This document shows positions 49,135 to 58,321 of a stretch of 64,000 nt of DNA, piece by piece (within the stretch, counting starts at the first letter, position 1; the number at the start of each line of letters is the position of its first letter). Made by a program: the position numbers and the translations under genes. This DNA comes from a virus. Its lineage: Duplodnaviria; Caudoviricetes. The notes beneath the pieces are model-generated. The model was not told where the DNA came from and searched no databases. It saw nothing but the letters and a program-made list of their open reading frames with translations. The stretch is taken from positions 128,001 to 192,000 of IMG/VR virus record IMGVR_UViG_3300031993_000006. One strand, 5' to 3'.

Positions 49135-50631
49135 ATGGACCCGCAAATCTACAAGAAGACCCATACGCGAATACGGGAGCTGAACGGGCTGCCCGATTCG
49201 GAAATCGACCCGTTGGTAACTAGCGTATCGCCAGAGATAACGGGGCCGTGGTATTTTGTAGCCGATTCTACAGAAGGCGATACGGCGGGTATCGAGGCTA
49301 GCCGTGTGCTTATACTTGGGCCACAGCGGAGAGTCCCGGCGGAAAATATGTTGTCGGCGATTTCGTATTTGCCTCCCGATGGCACGGCTGTCGTCGCGGT
49401 GGATACAATGGCTCAGTTGCCTGCCGTGGGTAGCATTGACAAGATTTACCGTATTGACCACGAGCCGGGTTGCTCCGTGTTCTATGTAAGGTGGGTGGAC
49501 CGGGATTTGGAAGACCCCCCTTATAACCCGAGGTACGCTTGGGTTGCAACAAATGTTCCGCTGGAGAAGGGTGACGGTACCGTAATATCCGATGTGGTAG
49601 TGCGCGCTGGATTGCCTTATGCTACCCGTGCTGTTGATATAAATATAGGTGCTCCTGAGGCTAGGGTTAATGACATTCTTCGGATTTCGGAGTCAACGAC
49701 TAAACGGCTTGTGCATTCAAAGAGCGGAGTTGGTGATTCCGGGGCATCGGCACCCGGGGCGCAGACTATTGCTACTTTTGGTGATGCTATAAAGGTTCCC
49801 GAGTATGAAGTCGATTCGACTGGTCATGTGAAGAATTTGACTTATTCTGAAGTGACTATGCCGGACACGCCGGCCTCTACGGCCAATGCCGGATTGGTAA
49901 TGGTTGGGCAGACTTCGGATATCAAGCAAATCGGGAGTTCCGCGTCAATAGGCACGGCGAATACTGATGGATATATGCTGATGGCGCCGGCTAACCATGT
50001 ACATACTGCCAGTAATCTCGTTTTTACTAATATCCCGGTAAGCGGAAGCTTGGAATATCAGATGTCAGGCGACAAGACTTTGGATATGCTTGACTTGCAT
50101 ATCTATCCGGCCACTAATAACCTGAACGCGATTGACGCGAATATGATGTTGACCAAGGTTTCTGCGAATACTTCATTGTGGCAACCTGACCGTACGGCAA
50201 TAGCGACCAATAGCTATTCTGGAGGTACGGGTACTTATGAGATTCCTGCGGACGGTACTTCGGTTGTGATGTCGCATATTTCGAATATTGCTGAACCTGG
50301 TATCTATTTGGCTACGGCTGAACTTGGCGTGTTTATTGGGATGGCTCCAGTCAGTGGAACCCCGGTAAATGTTCCATTCGAATATGCGTGTGAACTGAAT
50401 ATGACGGGAGACCCGATAACTAGGAAGTTCAACTTCTCGGGTACACATGGAATACCTACGGTGGTTTCAGGTGAGTATTATGATACTCAGCGGGTGACCG
50501 TTTCTGCATTGCTCGATTTGACCAGTGCAAATGCGGTTGACTTGACTGCAAAAATTCAGATATACGGAACCGGCGACGGGCGTATATTTAAGGGCAACTG
50601 TACATCGTTCAAGATAGTACGGCTTAAATAG
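49135..50631 (+). CDS. tail fibre-like protein B (paralogue of A)
   Basis: LVHSKSGV...VPEYEVDSTGHV, AGLV and APANHVHTASN motifs. Confidence 0.7.
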   Translation: MDPQIYKKTHTRIRELNGLPDSEIDPLVTSVSPEITGPWYFVADSTEGDTAGIEASRVLILGPQRRVPAENMLSAISYLPPDGTAVVAVDTMAQLPAVGSIDKIYRIDHEPGCSVFYVRWVDRDLEDPPYNPRYAWVATNVPLEKGDGTVISDVVVRAGLPYATRAVDINIGAPEARVNDILRISESTTKRLVHSKSGVGDSGASAPGAQTIATFGDAIKVPEYEVDSTGHVKNLTYSEVTMPDTPASTANAGLVMVGQTSDIKQIGSSASIGTANTDGYMLMAPANHVHTASNLVFTNIPVSGSLEYQMSGDKTLDMLDLHIYPATNNLNAIDANMMLTKVSANTSLWQPDRTAIATNSYSGGTGTYEIPADGTSVVMSHISNIAEPGIYLATAELGVFIGMAPVSGTPVNVPFEYACELNMTGDPITRKFNFSGTHGIPTVVSGEYYDTQRVTVSALLDLTSANAVDLTAKIQIYGTGDGRIFKGNCTSFKIVRLK

Positions 50632-50937
50632 CTAGGCCGGAGTTCCCCCGAACTTCACCTTGTTGTGGATGAAGAACTTTATCGAGCATTCCGGGCACCC
50701 TCGGAATGTTCCTTTTATATCCACCGCGTCTGCGGGGATTTCAGGACCATCGGTATCCTGGCCGCATGATGGGCATTTGAACTTCGCTACGAACTCACCC
50801 AGCTTCCCCCGCTCGGGAATGGAAATGTCCACCGTGCCGTTGTCCCAGAACCGCACCGGGTAATCCGGATGTTCCTTCATGAACTTCGTTACGGAAACGA
50901 GCTTCGGGTTGATTTCTAGGAGTTCTTCTGGGGTCAT
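50632..50937 (-). CDS. small zinc-ribbon protein
   Basis: CPSC...CPEC; ATG overlaps the upstream stop (ATGA). Confidence 0.65.
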   Translation of the reverse strand: MTPEELLEINPKLVSVTKFMKEHPDYPVRFWDNGTVDISIPERGKLGEFVAKFKCPSCGQDTDGPEIPADAVDIKGTFRGCPECSIKFFIHNKVKFGGTPA

Positions 50938-51164
50938 ACGAGGTACTTGATTGCCGCGGCGACGCCGAAAACTCCGCCGACAAGGATTAAAATGATTATG
51001 GCTACCGCGAGCATCGCCCATATTATGCGGCGGGTGTGCCACTCGTCGGTTTCGATGTCGTATAGCTTGAGAAAGTTCATCGCGATGATGAATTCGGCTG
51101 TCGCAATGAGCCAAGCTTTTTCAAAAATATTAAGATACTGGTCGTCTGTAATTCGGGTAATCAT
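50934..51164 (-). CDS. small membrane protein
   Basis: 76 aa with a strongly hydrophobic C-terminal half. Confidence 0.6.
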   Translation of the reverse strand: MITRITDDQYLNIFEKAWLIATAEFIIAMNFLKLYDIETDEWHTRRIIWAMLAVAIIILILVGGVFGVAAAIKYLV

Positions 51165-51173
51165 ACTACAAAA

Positions 51174-51890
51174 CTACACCATTGACGAATTAAGGTCAAC
51201 ATCCTGACTCATGAAGTTGGCCTCCCCGTCTTCGTTCGTAGTTTCCGGGGTTTCGCCCGCATTGTCTACCCAGAGCTGAACGGGGATTTTTGAGGTCTTG
51301 TCGTCAAGCTGGGCAATGAACTGGTAGCCGCTCTTAGCGAGGTTCTCGATGCATTCCTTGTCGGTGCTGTCGGCGACGATGAATGTCGGCATGTCAAGCG
51401 CGTTAAGCTGTGCACGGAGTTCCTCGTTGACTCCCTGACCCTTGTACTGGTCCGATACCGCGAAGAATTCCTGCTGTACTCGCCCGTCGAGATTGAAACC
51501 GCTGAGAAGGCTATAGTAGCGCAGAGGGGCGATTCCGCGGAAGTCTTCCTTGGTGGGGTCGACGATATTTGCCGCGGCGATTGGCCACTCCTTGTCGGTA
51601 ATGTAGACGATTGCGACGGAGTTCAGTAGACGGTCGAGGGTACTCGGGGTCGCTACCGGAACACAGCTGTCGGCGGGAGGTTCGATGCTCCGCTTGCCGT
51701 CGATGACTGCCGCGATGTCCTTGAGGGTCTTCTCGTCGATATCTGAGGGGGACTTGACATATGCCTGGAACCGGCTAGGGTCGAGTTTTGGCGCTGCTTC
51801 TTGGGTGTTTTCCGGAAGGTCGCCGATGGCTTCGCAGATGGAGACTGCGGCGTCGAGGTTGTTCATCACAGTGAAGACATTATGTTCCAT
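51174..51890 (-). CDS. GNAT-fold-like protein with an N-terminal extension
   Basis: FAVSDQYKGQGV (motif A-like) and LAKSGYQ; minus-strand TATAAACT at 51935-51942 and AAGGA RBS set the start at 51890. Confidence 0.55.
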   Translation of the reverse strand: MEHNVFTVMNNLDAAVSICEAIGDLPENTQEAAPKLDPSRFQAYVKSPSDIDEKTLKDIAAVIDGKRSIEPPADSCVPVATPSTLDRLLNSVAIVYITDKEWPIAAANIVDPTKEDFRGIAPLRYYSLLSGFNLDGRVQQEFFAVSDQYKGQGVNEELRAQLNALDMPTFIVADSTDKECIENLAKSGYQFIAQLDDKTSKIPVQLWVDNAGETPETTNEDGEANFMSQDVDLNSSMV

Positions 51891-52001
51891 AGGGCCAAAT
51901 CCTTGTTTTTTAAGCGGTTCGTGCATTTTTTGCAAGTTTATATGGCTGGAGGGGCCTCTGATAATGTAGTTTTGTGCTATATTTAGAAGGAAGGGAATCC
52001 T

Positions 52002-52268
52002 ATGAATGCTAAGCTGGAAGATTTTAACGATAAGTATGTCGTTGTGCCTAATTTCAAGGCCGGCGGGTTTGGATTCATGACCATTGACCGCGGCGATATG
52101 ACCGACGCGGAATGGAAAACCTGGAATGAAATCCGGAGTACACCGGAAATCAAGGAAATTATCAACAAGACCAAGAACTCCGCCGCTATTGCTACGGCAG
52201 TAGAGACGCTGTTGGATGGCAAAGGAATAATGGTATGTCGTACAAATCAGGCTCGTCCTTCTATTTAA
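52002..52268 (+). CDS. hypothetical protein
   Basis: After the variant promoter TGCTATATTTAG at 51975-51986 and an RBS. Confidence 0.7.
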   Translation: MNAKLEDFNDKYVVVPNFKAGGFGFMTIDRGDMTDAEWKTWNEIRSTPEIKEIINKTKNSAAIATAVETLLDGKGIMVCRTNQARPSI

Positions 52269-53086
52269 CCGATGAAGATTGCGAAACGGCATTTTCCCAA
52301 TGTGAGTCTTGCCGGTTTGTAACTGAAAACACCCATTACAAGGAAGTTGTCGATGGGTGCTTCTTGCGGGTTGCGGCAACTGATGTGATAAATGCGTGTT
52401 GCGCTACGATATCCGACCCGGTTAGGTCATATCTTAGACGGAACATGCCGGGTGAGAATTGGAACAAGTACGACCATCTCCTTACCATTACGACCGGGAT
52501 GATGCGGTGGCTTACCGTTGTTGGCCATGTATGCGAATATATGGAGCGTACGCACAAGATTGGCGAAGCTAAGAAGATGCTCGAGTGGGCTAGCAAGCGT
52601 CTTACATCCTTCGAAGCCGGTTCTGATTTTGTCCAGCGCTTTCTTGACGAATTCAAGATTAAGTGTGATGGGCGTCGCGACGAGGTAGTTAGAATCTACT
52701 CTATCGCATGTGCTGCTTCGGTATTGGCTCACGAACTTGGTCATGCTTCGCTCGGGCATATGCACTATCATCATACGACACCGACAAGTATTGTGCGTAA
52801 TGATGAACGGGAAGCTGATTTGTTCGCGTCTTCCGTAATGCATTCAATCGGTAATGGCTATGTCGGGGCTATCGCAGCTGTCGCTGTCGAAGTATCCTTT
52901 GCGTGGATGACTGGTTCTAGTTCACTTTATGTCCCCAAGAAGGACCTGAAGAAACCAAATCATTATGCATCGCATCCGGTTTCATTCGAGCGTGTGCGTA
53001 ATGTCATTGAATCGTTTAATGCGGTTCTTAAGACATCCCCGAATACTGACAAGATGTTGATTAAGTTGATGGAGACGGGAAAATGA
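52235..53086 (+). CDS. zinc metallopeptidase (M48/ImmA-like zincin)
   Basis: VLAHELGH, EREAD and SHP...R motifs. Confidence 0.8.
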   Translation: MSYKSGSSFYLTDEDCETAFSQCESCRFVTENTHYKEVVDGCFLRVAATDVINACCATISDPVRSYLRRNMPGENWNKYDHLLTITTGMMRWLTVVGHVCEYMERTHKIGEAKKMLEWASKRLTSFEAGSDFVQRFLDEFKIKCDGRRDEVVRIYSIACAASVLAHELGHASLGHMHYHHTTPTSIVRNDEREADLFASSVMHSIGNGYVGAIAAVAVEVSFAWMTGSSSLYVPKKDLKKPNHYASHPVSFERVRNVIESFNAVLKTSPNTDKMLIKLMETGK

Positions 53087-53592
53087 ATTCATCATCGCCG
53101 GAAATCGAGGTGGTAATCGACAAGTTTACCGTCCAGTATATGCTTAAGGACAAGATAAACGAGAAACCGTTTATGCTTCCCCTTAAGTCATATAAGACTT
53201 CGCTGACTATGAAGGTGCCCGAGTCTATCGCCCCGTTCATCCCGGCGTTCATCCGTGGTTTCCAGGGGCTTGACCCGGAAGCGGTCGAGGCTAGAATCAT
53301 TCCTGAGTACAATGCGCCAAAGAATGTGGTTGACCGCTGGCGAAGGTTCATCAGCGAACGCTACCCGGACGTGCTGGATGAAAAGACTAGCGCGGATGCA
53401 ATCATTGACTTGGCGGTGAGTTTCAGCGTCAAGGACAAGCTGGATGCCGTTATGGATAAGCTGTGGGATACCAAGCTTTGCGAGATGTTGAAGGCTACCC
53501 CTGAAGTGCCGGAGGGGTATGGGCTTGCTGGACGATACCTTCATATCATAAATTGGCACATCAAGAACCTAGAGGAACCTAAGGATGCATGA
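53083..53592 (+). CDS. hypothetical protein
   Basis: Translationally coupled ORF. Confidence 0.7.
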   Translation: MNSSSPEIEVVIDKFTVQYMLKDKINEKPFMLPLKSYKTSLTMKVPESIAPFIPAFIRGFQGLDPEAVEARIIPEYNAPKNVVDRWRRFISERYPDVLDEKTSADAIIDLAVSFSVKDKLDAVMDKLWDTKLCEMLKATPEVPEGYGLAGRYLHIINWHIKNLEEPKDA

Positions 53593-54445
53593 GTTTTTTC
53601 TGCGATATGAGAACGCCTTCGGGCGTATAAAGTGTGACCCGAAGTGGAATTCGTTCTATTTGAACGGAAACAAGATGCTCGGCGTCACTAAGTTTGTGGG
53701 TAGTTTCATCCCTCCCTTTGATGAAGCGAGGGCTTCCATTAGTACGGCCAAGAAATGGTCAGAGAATCAGGGCCGCGAGGTCACTCCGGAAGAAGTCATC
53801 CAGGCTTGGCACCATAAGAGGGATGTGTCGACTAACCTTGGAAATGCTGTTCACGGATATATTGAAGCGGCTCTGCAGAACAAGCCGTTTGCATATCCTA
53901 AGGATGCTATAGCAAAGGCGTTCCCGAATGATACGACGGACCCGGTTCGTGAAAAGTACGACAGCATCATCAAGCAGGTCAACATTTTCCGGGAAAATTC
54001 CCGCGGAAAGTTGATTCCGGTTAAATCCGAAGCGGTTATCGGTTCTCCAAAGTATCAGGTATGCGGCCTAGTTGACCAGATTTTCTGGAATGAGACCGCG
54101 AAGGAATTTCAGATTTGGGACTGGAAGACTAACGACAAGATGGATAGGTCTTCAAGTTATAAGTTTAATCCGCCATTCGATACGACTTTGGATAACTGCG
54201 ATTACCATAAGTATTCAATGCAGCTTACGCTGTACAAGAAGATATTTATGGAAGAAACCGGTATTCCAATCGGCCATTGCTTCCTTTGTTGGTTCTGCAG
54301 TGATATTCACCCGACTGAAGGCGGTCCGTTGGTGGAACATCCGGCCCAGTTCATTCCGATTAGGGAATTTAATGCTGAAGCTGACCAGATGCTCACGATT
54401 CGTGCCCGTGACCTCGGTATAGTTGACCAGGGGAGCGTATTCTAA
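53585..54445 (+). CDS. PD-(D/E)XK exonuclease (stand-alone, Cas4/RecB-like)
   Basis: GNAVHGYIE, GLVD, IWDWKT and YSMQLTLY motifs. Confidence 0.85.
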   Translation: MHEFFLRYENAFGRIKCDPKWNSFYLNGNKMLGVTKFVGSFIPPFDEARASISTAKKWSENQGREVTPEEVIQAWHHKRDVSTNLGNAVHGYIEAALQNKPFAYPKDAIAKAFPNDTTDPVREKYDSIIKQVNIFRENSRGKLIPVKSEAVIGSPKYQVCGLVDQIFWNETAKEFQIWDWKTNDKMDRSSSYKFNPPFDTTLDNCDYHKYSMQLTLYKKIFMEETGIPIGHCFLCWFCSDIHPTEGGPLVEHPAQFIPIREFNAEADQMLTIRARDLGIVDQGSVF

Positions 54446-54756
54446 TGGATGCGGCTAAGATTGAAGTCATAAAGAAATCCTTTACACCTGAACAGGCGGA
54501 AATCTTTAATATCTTGATGGGCGATAAGGAAAAGCTCCATCAGGAATGGCTCCTGTGTAACAATTTGTATGCCAAGTGCGCAGCCGTAATTAACGCCCCT
54601 ACTACGGGTCCGGAAGTGCGGCTCGTATTGCGTAAGGCTTCGACGGATTACTGGAGCCGCCGTAGGCTCGACCTCGAGCGTACGATGGAGGAACTCGGGA
54701 TGAACGATACTCTCGTCGAATGGCGGAAGGAAATCGCGGATGCCAAGAAAAAATGA
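54445..54756 (+). CDS. hypothetical protein
   Basis: Coupled ORF (TAATG). Confidence 0.7.
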   Translation: MDAAKIEVIKKSFTPEQAEIFNILMGDKEKLHQEWLLCNNLYAKCAAVINAPTTGPEVRLVLRKASTDYWSRRRLDLERTMEELGMNDTLVEWRKEIADAKKK

Positions 54757-55201
54757 ACCCATCGGTGAAATCGATGTCGAATTGCTTGTTGCCGGTCAGC
54801 CGACGGTAAACACCGCCGGCAAGCCCGGAAATATTTATTCCCTTGCGCTACTCGAGAAGATTGCCAACGACATTAATGAGAAAGGTGTCGATATCGAGGA
54901 AGTCGCCCCTGCAGACCGGTACCACGCAAAGATTCCCCTGTGCTTCCCGTGGAAGGAAAGGGCTATGGCTGAGTCTACCAAGGCGGTCGTCGAGGACGGT
55001 CGCCTCAAGGTACACTTCAGTATTCTTGGAAACCGGTATGGCAACATTTTAAAGAAGACTATCGACAATAATAATGTAATTTATAAACCGGTGGGGAAGG
55101 GGAATGTAGTTCCGGAAAAGCCTGGGAACCCGACCTCGAACAATGTTGTGACTGATTTTGAAATCTACTATGTCACATTTGAGGTGCTGAAGGATGGCTA
55201 G
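54740..55201 (+). CDS. inactive prohead-protease-fold protein
   Basis: Colinear by eye with 1034..1747 but lacking the His and Ser motifs. Confidence 0.55.
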   Translation: MPRKNEPIGEIDVELLVAGQPTVNTAGKPGNIYSLALLEKIANDINEKGVDIEEVAPADRYHAKIPLCFPWKERAMAESTKAVVEDGRLKVHFSILGNRYGNILKKTIDNNNVIYKPVGKGNVVPEKPGNPTSNNVVTDFEIYYVTFEVLKDG

Positions 55202-56303
55202 ACTTAATGTAATAGCAAACTATAATTGCGATACTAAGACATTTGACAAGCGGAATGTTTTTTCGATTCAGGGAGTGTGGGATTGCCCTCCCATTGTTTC
55301 CTGTTTCTACGGGACGCTTGGGCTGATGAGCGGATTTATGAACCGTAACGGGGCGCACCCCGGAATCAAGTCGATTTGTCCGTTGACGCTTGCTGTGGAC
55401 GGCCCGTCGGAAAATCTTACTGCGCTTGCCCAGAAAATAGGTACTCTCGATAGCGATTCGGTCTATACGATGTTTCTCGATGAAAGTACTGTTGGCTTTA
55501 TGCTGACGATGGAAGAAGTGTTCCGGGTAAATATCGTGATTAATCGGGTTGGTGAAGGCTTTGAAAAGGAATTGCCTGCTTGCCGTGGATGGAAAGTTGT
55601 CGACCATAAAGATACTATGGGCGGATATTCGGTGTATACTTTGGAAAAAGATGCCGATGCTAAGCTTGGCGATGATGCGTTCAATCTTGACATCGATGCG
55701 CTTGAAAAGGAAATGAACCGTCCCGGTATAGCTGACCTTACTCCGGAATCGATAGAAAGTATCAATGAAATATTGAAGACTACCGAGGATGCATGGGTTG
55801 TATTTAAACGATACAACCGTGATATGATGGCATTCTTGGCGAATACTTCGGCTCCGGATGACAATGGCGAGTTCGGTGACGGATACGATGGGTGCCTGGA
55901 AGGTGGTGCTGAGGGCATGGAAGGCATTACTGATGATACGAGGAATACTCCGGCTTCTCTCGCTTTGGTCATAATATTGTCTAATACCCTTAAGCGACAG
56001 GCTGATATGGTCGTGGGAAACCGGAAGAGGATATGCGAATTGGCCAAGACTGTCGGTGCTCAGGGTGATGCAATTAAGGATATGAGTAAGAAGTTTGGCG
56101 AGTACGACCAGGTGGTATCGGATGCTTTCCGTAAGTTTGAGGAAGAGCAGGGATTGAAAAAGCAGTTTGACGAGGAGCGTTTGAGCGGTTTGACGAACCA
56201 GATAAGCCTCCTTGCGATGGAATTGCGCATCAAGTCGTGGACACCGGCGGTGTGTGCGGTAATATCCTTGGTTCTTCTTGCGGTATTCCTGTTCCTTAAA
56301 TAG
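55194..56303 (+). CDS. hypothetical coiled-coil protein with a C-terminal membrane anchor
   Basis: Heptad-like C-terminal third ending AVISLVLLAVFLFLK. Confidence 0.7.
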   Translation: MARLNVIANYNCDTKTFDKRNVFSIQGVWDCPPIVSCFYGTLGLMSGFMNRNGAHPGIKSICPLTLAVDGPSENLTALAQKIGTLDSDSVYTMFLDESTVGFMLTMEEVFRVNIVINRVGEGFEKELPACRGWKVVDHKDTMGGYSVYTLEKDADAKLGDDAFNLDIDALEKEMNRPGIADLTPESIESINEILKTTEDAWVVFKRYNRDMMAFLANTSAPDDNGEFGDGYDGCLEGGAEGMEGITDDTRNTPASLALVIILSNTLKRQADMVVGNRKRICELAKTVGAQGDAIKDMSKKFGEYDQVVSDAFRKFEEEQGLKKQFDEERLSGLTNQISLLAMELRIKSWTPAVCAVISLVLLAVFLFLK

Positions 56304-56330
56304 GAATACATTGCATTCCGTATATTTCGG

Positions 56331-56356
56331 GTCCGTCCTTCGGGGCGGACTTTTTG
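56331..56356 (+). terminator. intrinsic terminator
   Basis: GTCCGTCC-TTCG-GGGCGGAC followed by TTTTT (cUUCGg loop). Confidence 0.85.
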
Positions 56357-56391
56357 TCGTATAAACTACGGAAAAAGCAAAGGAGGCCGCA

Positions 56392-57291
56392 ATGAGCTTG
56401 GCGTCTGACATTTTAGCTGGATATAAAATTCCTATCCGTTCGATGGCCGAGGCATTCGAGGGTGCATGTAATCTGTTGCTCGAGGCGACCGATACCACGG
56501 TAACCGCCACGCCGAACAACCAGACTCAGAATCAGGCAAACAATACGGTTTCCGTGAATGTCGGTAATGTCGTGCAGAGCCAAGAGGGTTCGACTATTGG
56601 CGCTCAGATGGCTAATGCTCAGGCGACGGCAAAGAAGGTTGCTGCCGCTGAAAAGACTTTGAATGACAATAAGCAGGTTCTTAATAATCAGATATCCGAT
56701 TTGCGAGATACCTTTGCTATTGCAAGCGAGGAAAATTCACCGGGAACCACCGCGACTTCCCCTACTTCGACGACTACGGCATCCACTAACACGAGTACGA
56801 AGCTAACCGAGAATAGCCAGTTCATGCCGGCCTCGGCCACCCGTCAGACGCCGGCGATAGACTACAAGGGCTTTATGCATACTGTTCCTCACGCCGCAAG
56901 TGGAACTAACCAGCCGGATGTCTGCCCGGCACAGGTCGGCGTCATAATCAATTCAGGGGCTACCCGCGATACCGGCGAGGAAACCACTAGGCAGAAGTGG
57001 GAACCGCCCGAGTTCGCCCAGTTCAAGCCGGGTGAGCTGAATGCAGCCTTGATGCACGGCAAGGTCGGCCCGACTCCCCGTCCGGAGAACTTCAACAGTT
57101 ACAACGGGGCTACCGTGGATGACCTGAAGGAGCACGGGCAGGAGAACCAGAAGGACCCGCTCTTTATGGGTGTACCGAACTGCACCATGCCGATGCGCTG
57201 CGGTTATACCATTACCAATCCGTTGAACGCTAACGGGGTCGATGTCGGGTATGCCGACGGTGGCTCCGCGGGAGGTGCTGCAGGTGGCTAA
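56392..57291 (+). CDS. hypothetical late protein, T/N/Q-rich
   Basis: TATAAACT at 56360-56367, AGGAGG RBS; LLEA site. Confidence 0.75.
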   Translation: MSLASDILAGYKIPIRSMAEAFEGACNLLLEATDTTVTATPNNQTQNQANNTVSVNVGNVVQSQEGSTIGAQMANAQATAKKVAAAEKTLNDNKQVLNNQISDLRDTFAIASEENSPGTTATSPTSTTTASTNTSTKLTENSQFMPASATRQTPAIDYKGFMHTVPHAASGTNQPDVCPAQVGVIINSGATRDTGEETTRQKWEPPEFAQFKPGELNAALMHGKVGPTPRPENFNSYNGATVDDLKEHGQENQKDPLFMGVPNCTMPMRCGYTITNPLNANGVDVGYADGGSAGGAAGG

Positions 57292-57559
57292 GAAGAAGGC
57301 TAGGGCGAGTCTCTGGACGCTGTTCAAGCGCCTGATGCGCTCGCTGAAGATTTTCAACTGGAAGAACGAAATCGCGCTGACCAACATCGCGATGTACATA
57401 GTTTTGTACAAGGTAGCCGTTACAGATATGGATGAAATGAGCATTGGCGAGGTGGCTACCGCGATGAGCGTACTCGGGCTTTACCTTGGGAAGAAGGTGC
57501 TCAACAAGGACCGCCCAATCGAACGGGTCAAGGACGAGGAAGGAGGCGAAGCGCCATGA
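57284..57559 (+). CDS. holin-like membrane protein
   Basis: GTG start with GGAGG; basic N-terminus, two hydrophobic segments and a charged tail. Confidence 0.5.
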   Translation: MAKKKARASLWTLFKRLMRSLKIFNWKNEIALTNIAMYIVLYKVAVTDMDEMSIGEVATAMSVLGLYLGKKVLNKDRPIERVKDEEGGEAP

Positions 57560-58242
57560 ACAAGACGATGATTAATTGGATTCTCGGCATACTGATTGCG
57601 GTGCTTGCATTTGCTACCGTGGATGCTTTTCGTGTTTCGAGGCAGACTAATGCGACCAATGTCGAGTATGCTACCCGGATAGACGAGCTTACCGAAGCGC
57701 GTCATCTGGACAGTGTTGCCTACAGGTTGAACTTGGAAAGCATGAAGGCCGAATACGAGTCCCGTCTACAGGAAAAGGATTCGGTATACCGGGTAGCCAC
57801 ACAGAGTACCTCCACTCACAAGACGGTAATTCGCACTGTGTACAAGGACAGTATCCGCGAGGTGTATACCGAGAACACCGAATCGGTAGCTTATTACGAG
57901 GAGAAGATTGCTACCCTCAGGGATTCTCTCGGCAAGGCCCTCGCACAGAAGGACGGGGTTGAAGTCCAGTATGTCGAGAAGATTATCCGGGACACTATCT
58001 TTGTATATAAGACTGCAAAGGACAGCTCAGTCGCAACCAAGACTGAGATAGTGAGGCCCGCCCAGGGGAAGCTCGGCGTGTTCGTCGATGGGCATGCGTC
58101 CTATGGGAAGGACGGGTTCGGCTATGAGGCTACCGGTGGCGTCAAGTACCACATACTGGAACCTCTTTACCTGAAGGCCGGCGTACAGTACGACGGGGAC
58201 ATCCGTGGCGTTCTCGGGGGCGGCATAGAATTCCGTTTTTAG
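57556..58242 (+). CDS. spanin-like envelope protein
   Basis: N-terminal TM, coiled coil and C-terminal amphipathic beta-strands ending GGGIEFRF. Confidence 0.5.
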   Translation: MNKTMINWILGILIAVLAFATVDAFRVSRQTNATNVEYATRIDELTEARHLDSVAYRLNLESMKAEYESRLQEKDSVYRVATQSTSTHKTVIRTVYKDSIREVYTENTESVAYYEEKIATLRDSLGKALAQKDGVEVQYVEKIIRDTIFVYKTAKDSSVATKTEIVRPAQGKLGVFVDGHASYGKDGFGYEATGGVKYHILEPLYLKAGVQYDGDIRGVLGGGIEFRF

Positions 58243-58321
58243 GCATATAACACATACGGTTCGGATATGGCAACGGCAATTTGCTATATTTGTAATAGTA
58301 TCGAGGAGTTGAACAAGTTGA

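Noticed and set aside
30854-50631. Diversity-generating retroelement or invertible fibre cassette
   Set aside because: No reverse transcriptase, invertase or near-identical template/variable repeat pair seen.
51891-52379. Longer N-terminal extensions in the ORF track (52379, also 14772, 15454, 10224, 2897 and 51114 starts)
   Set aside because: They cross promoters or neighbouring genes; downstream starts with an RBS or translational coupling fit better.
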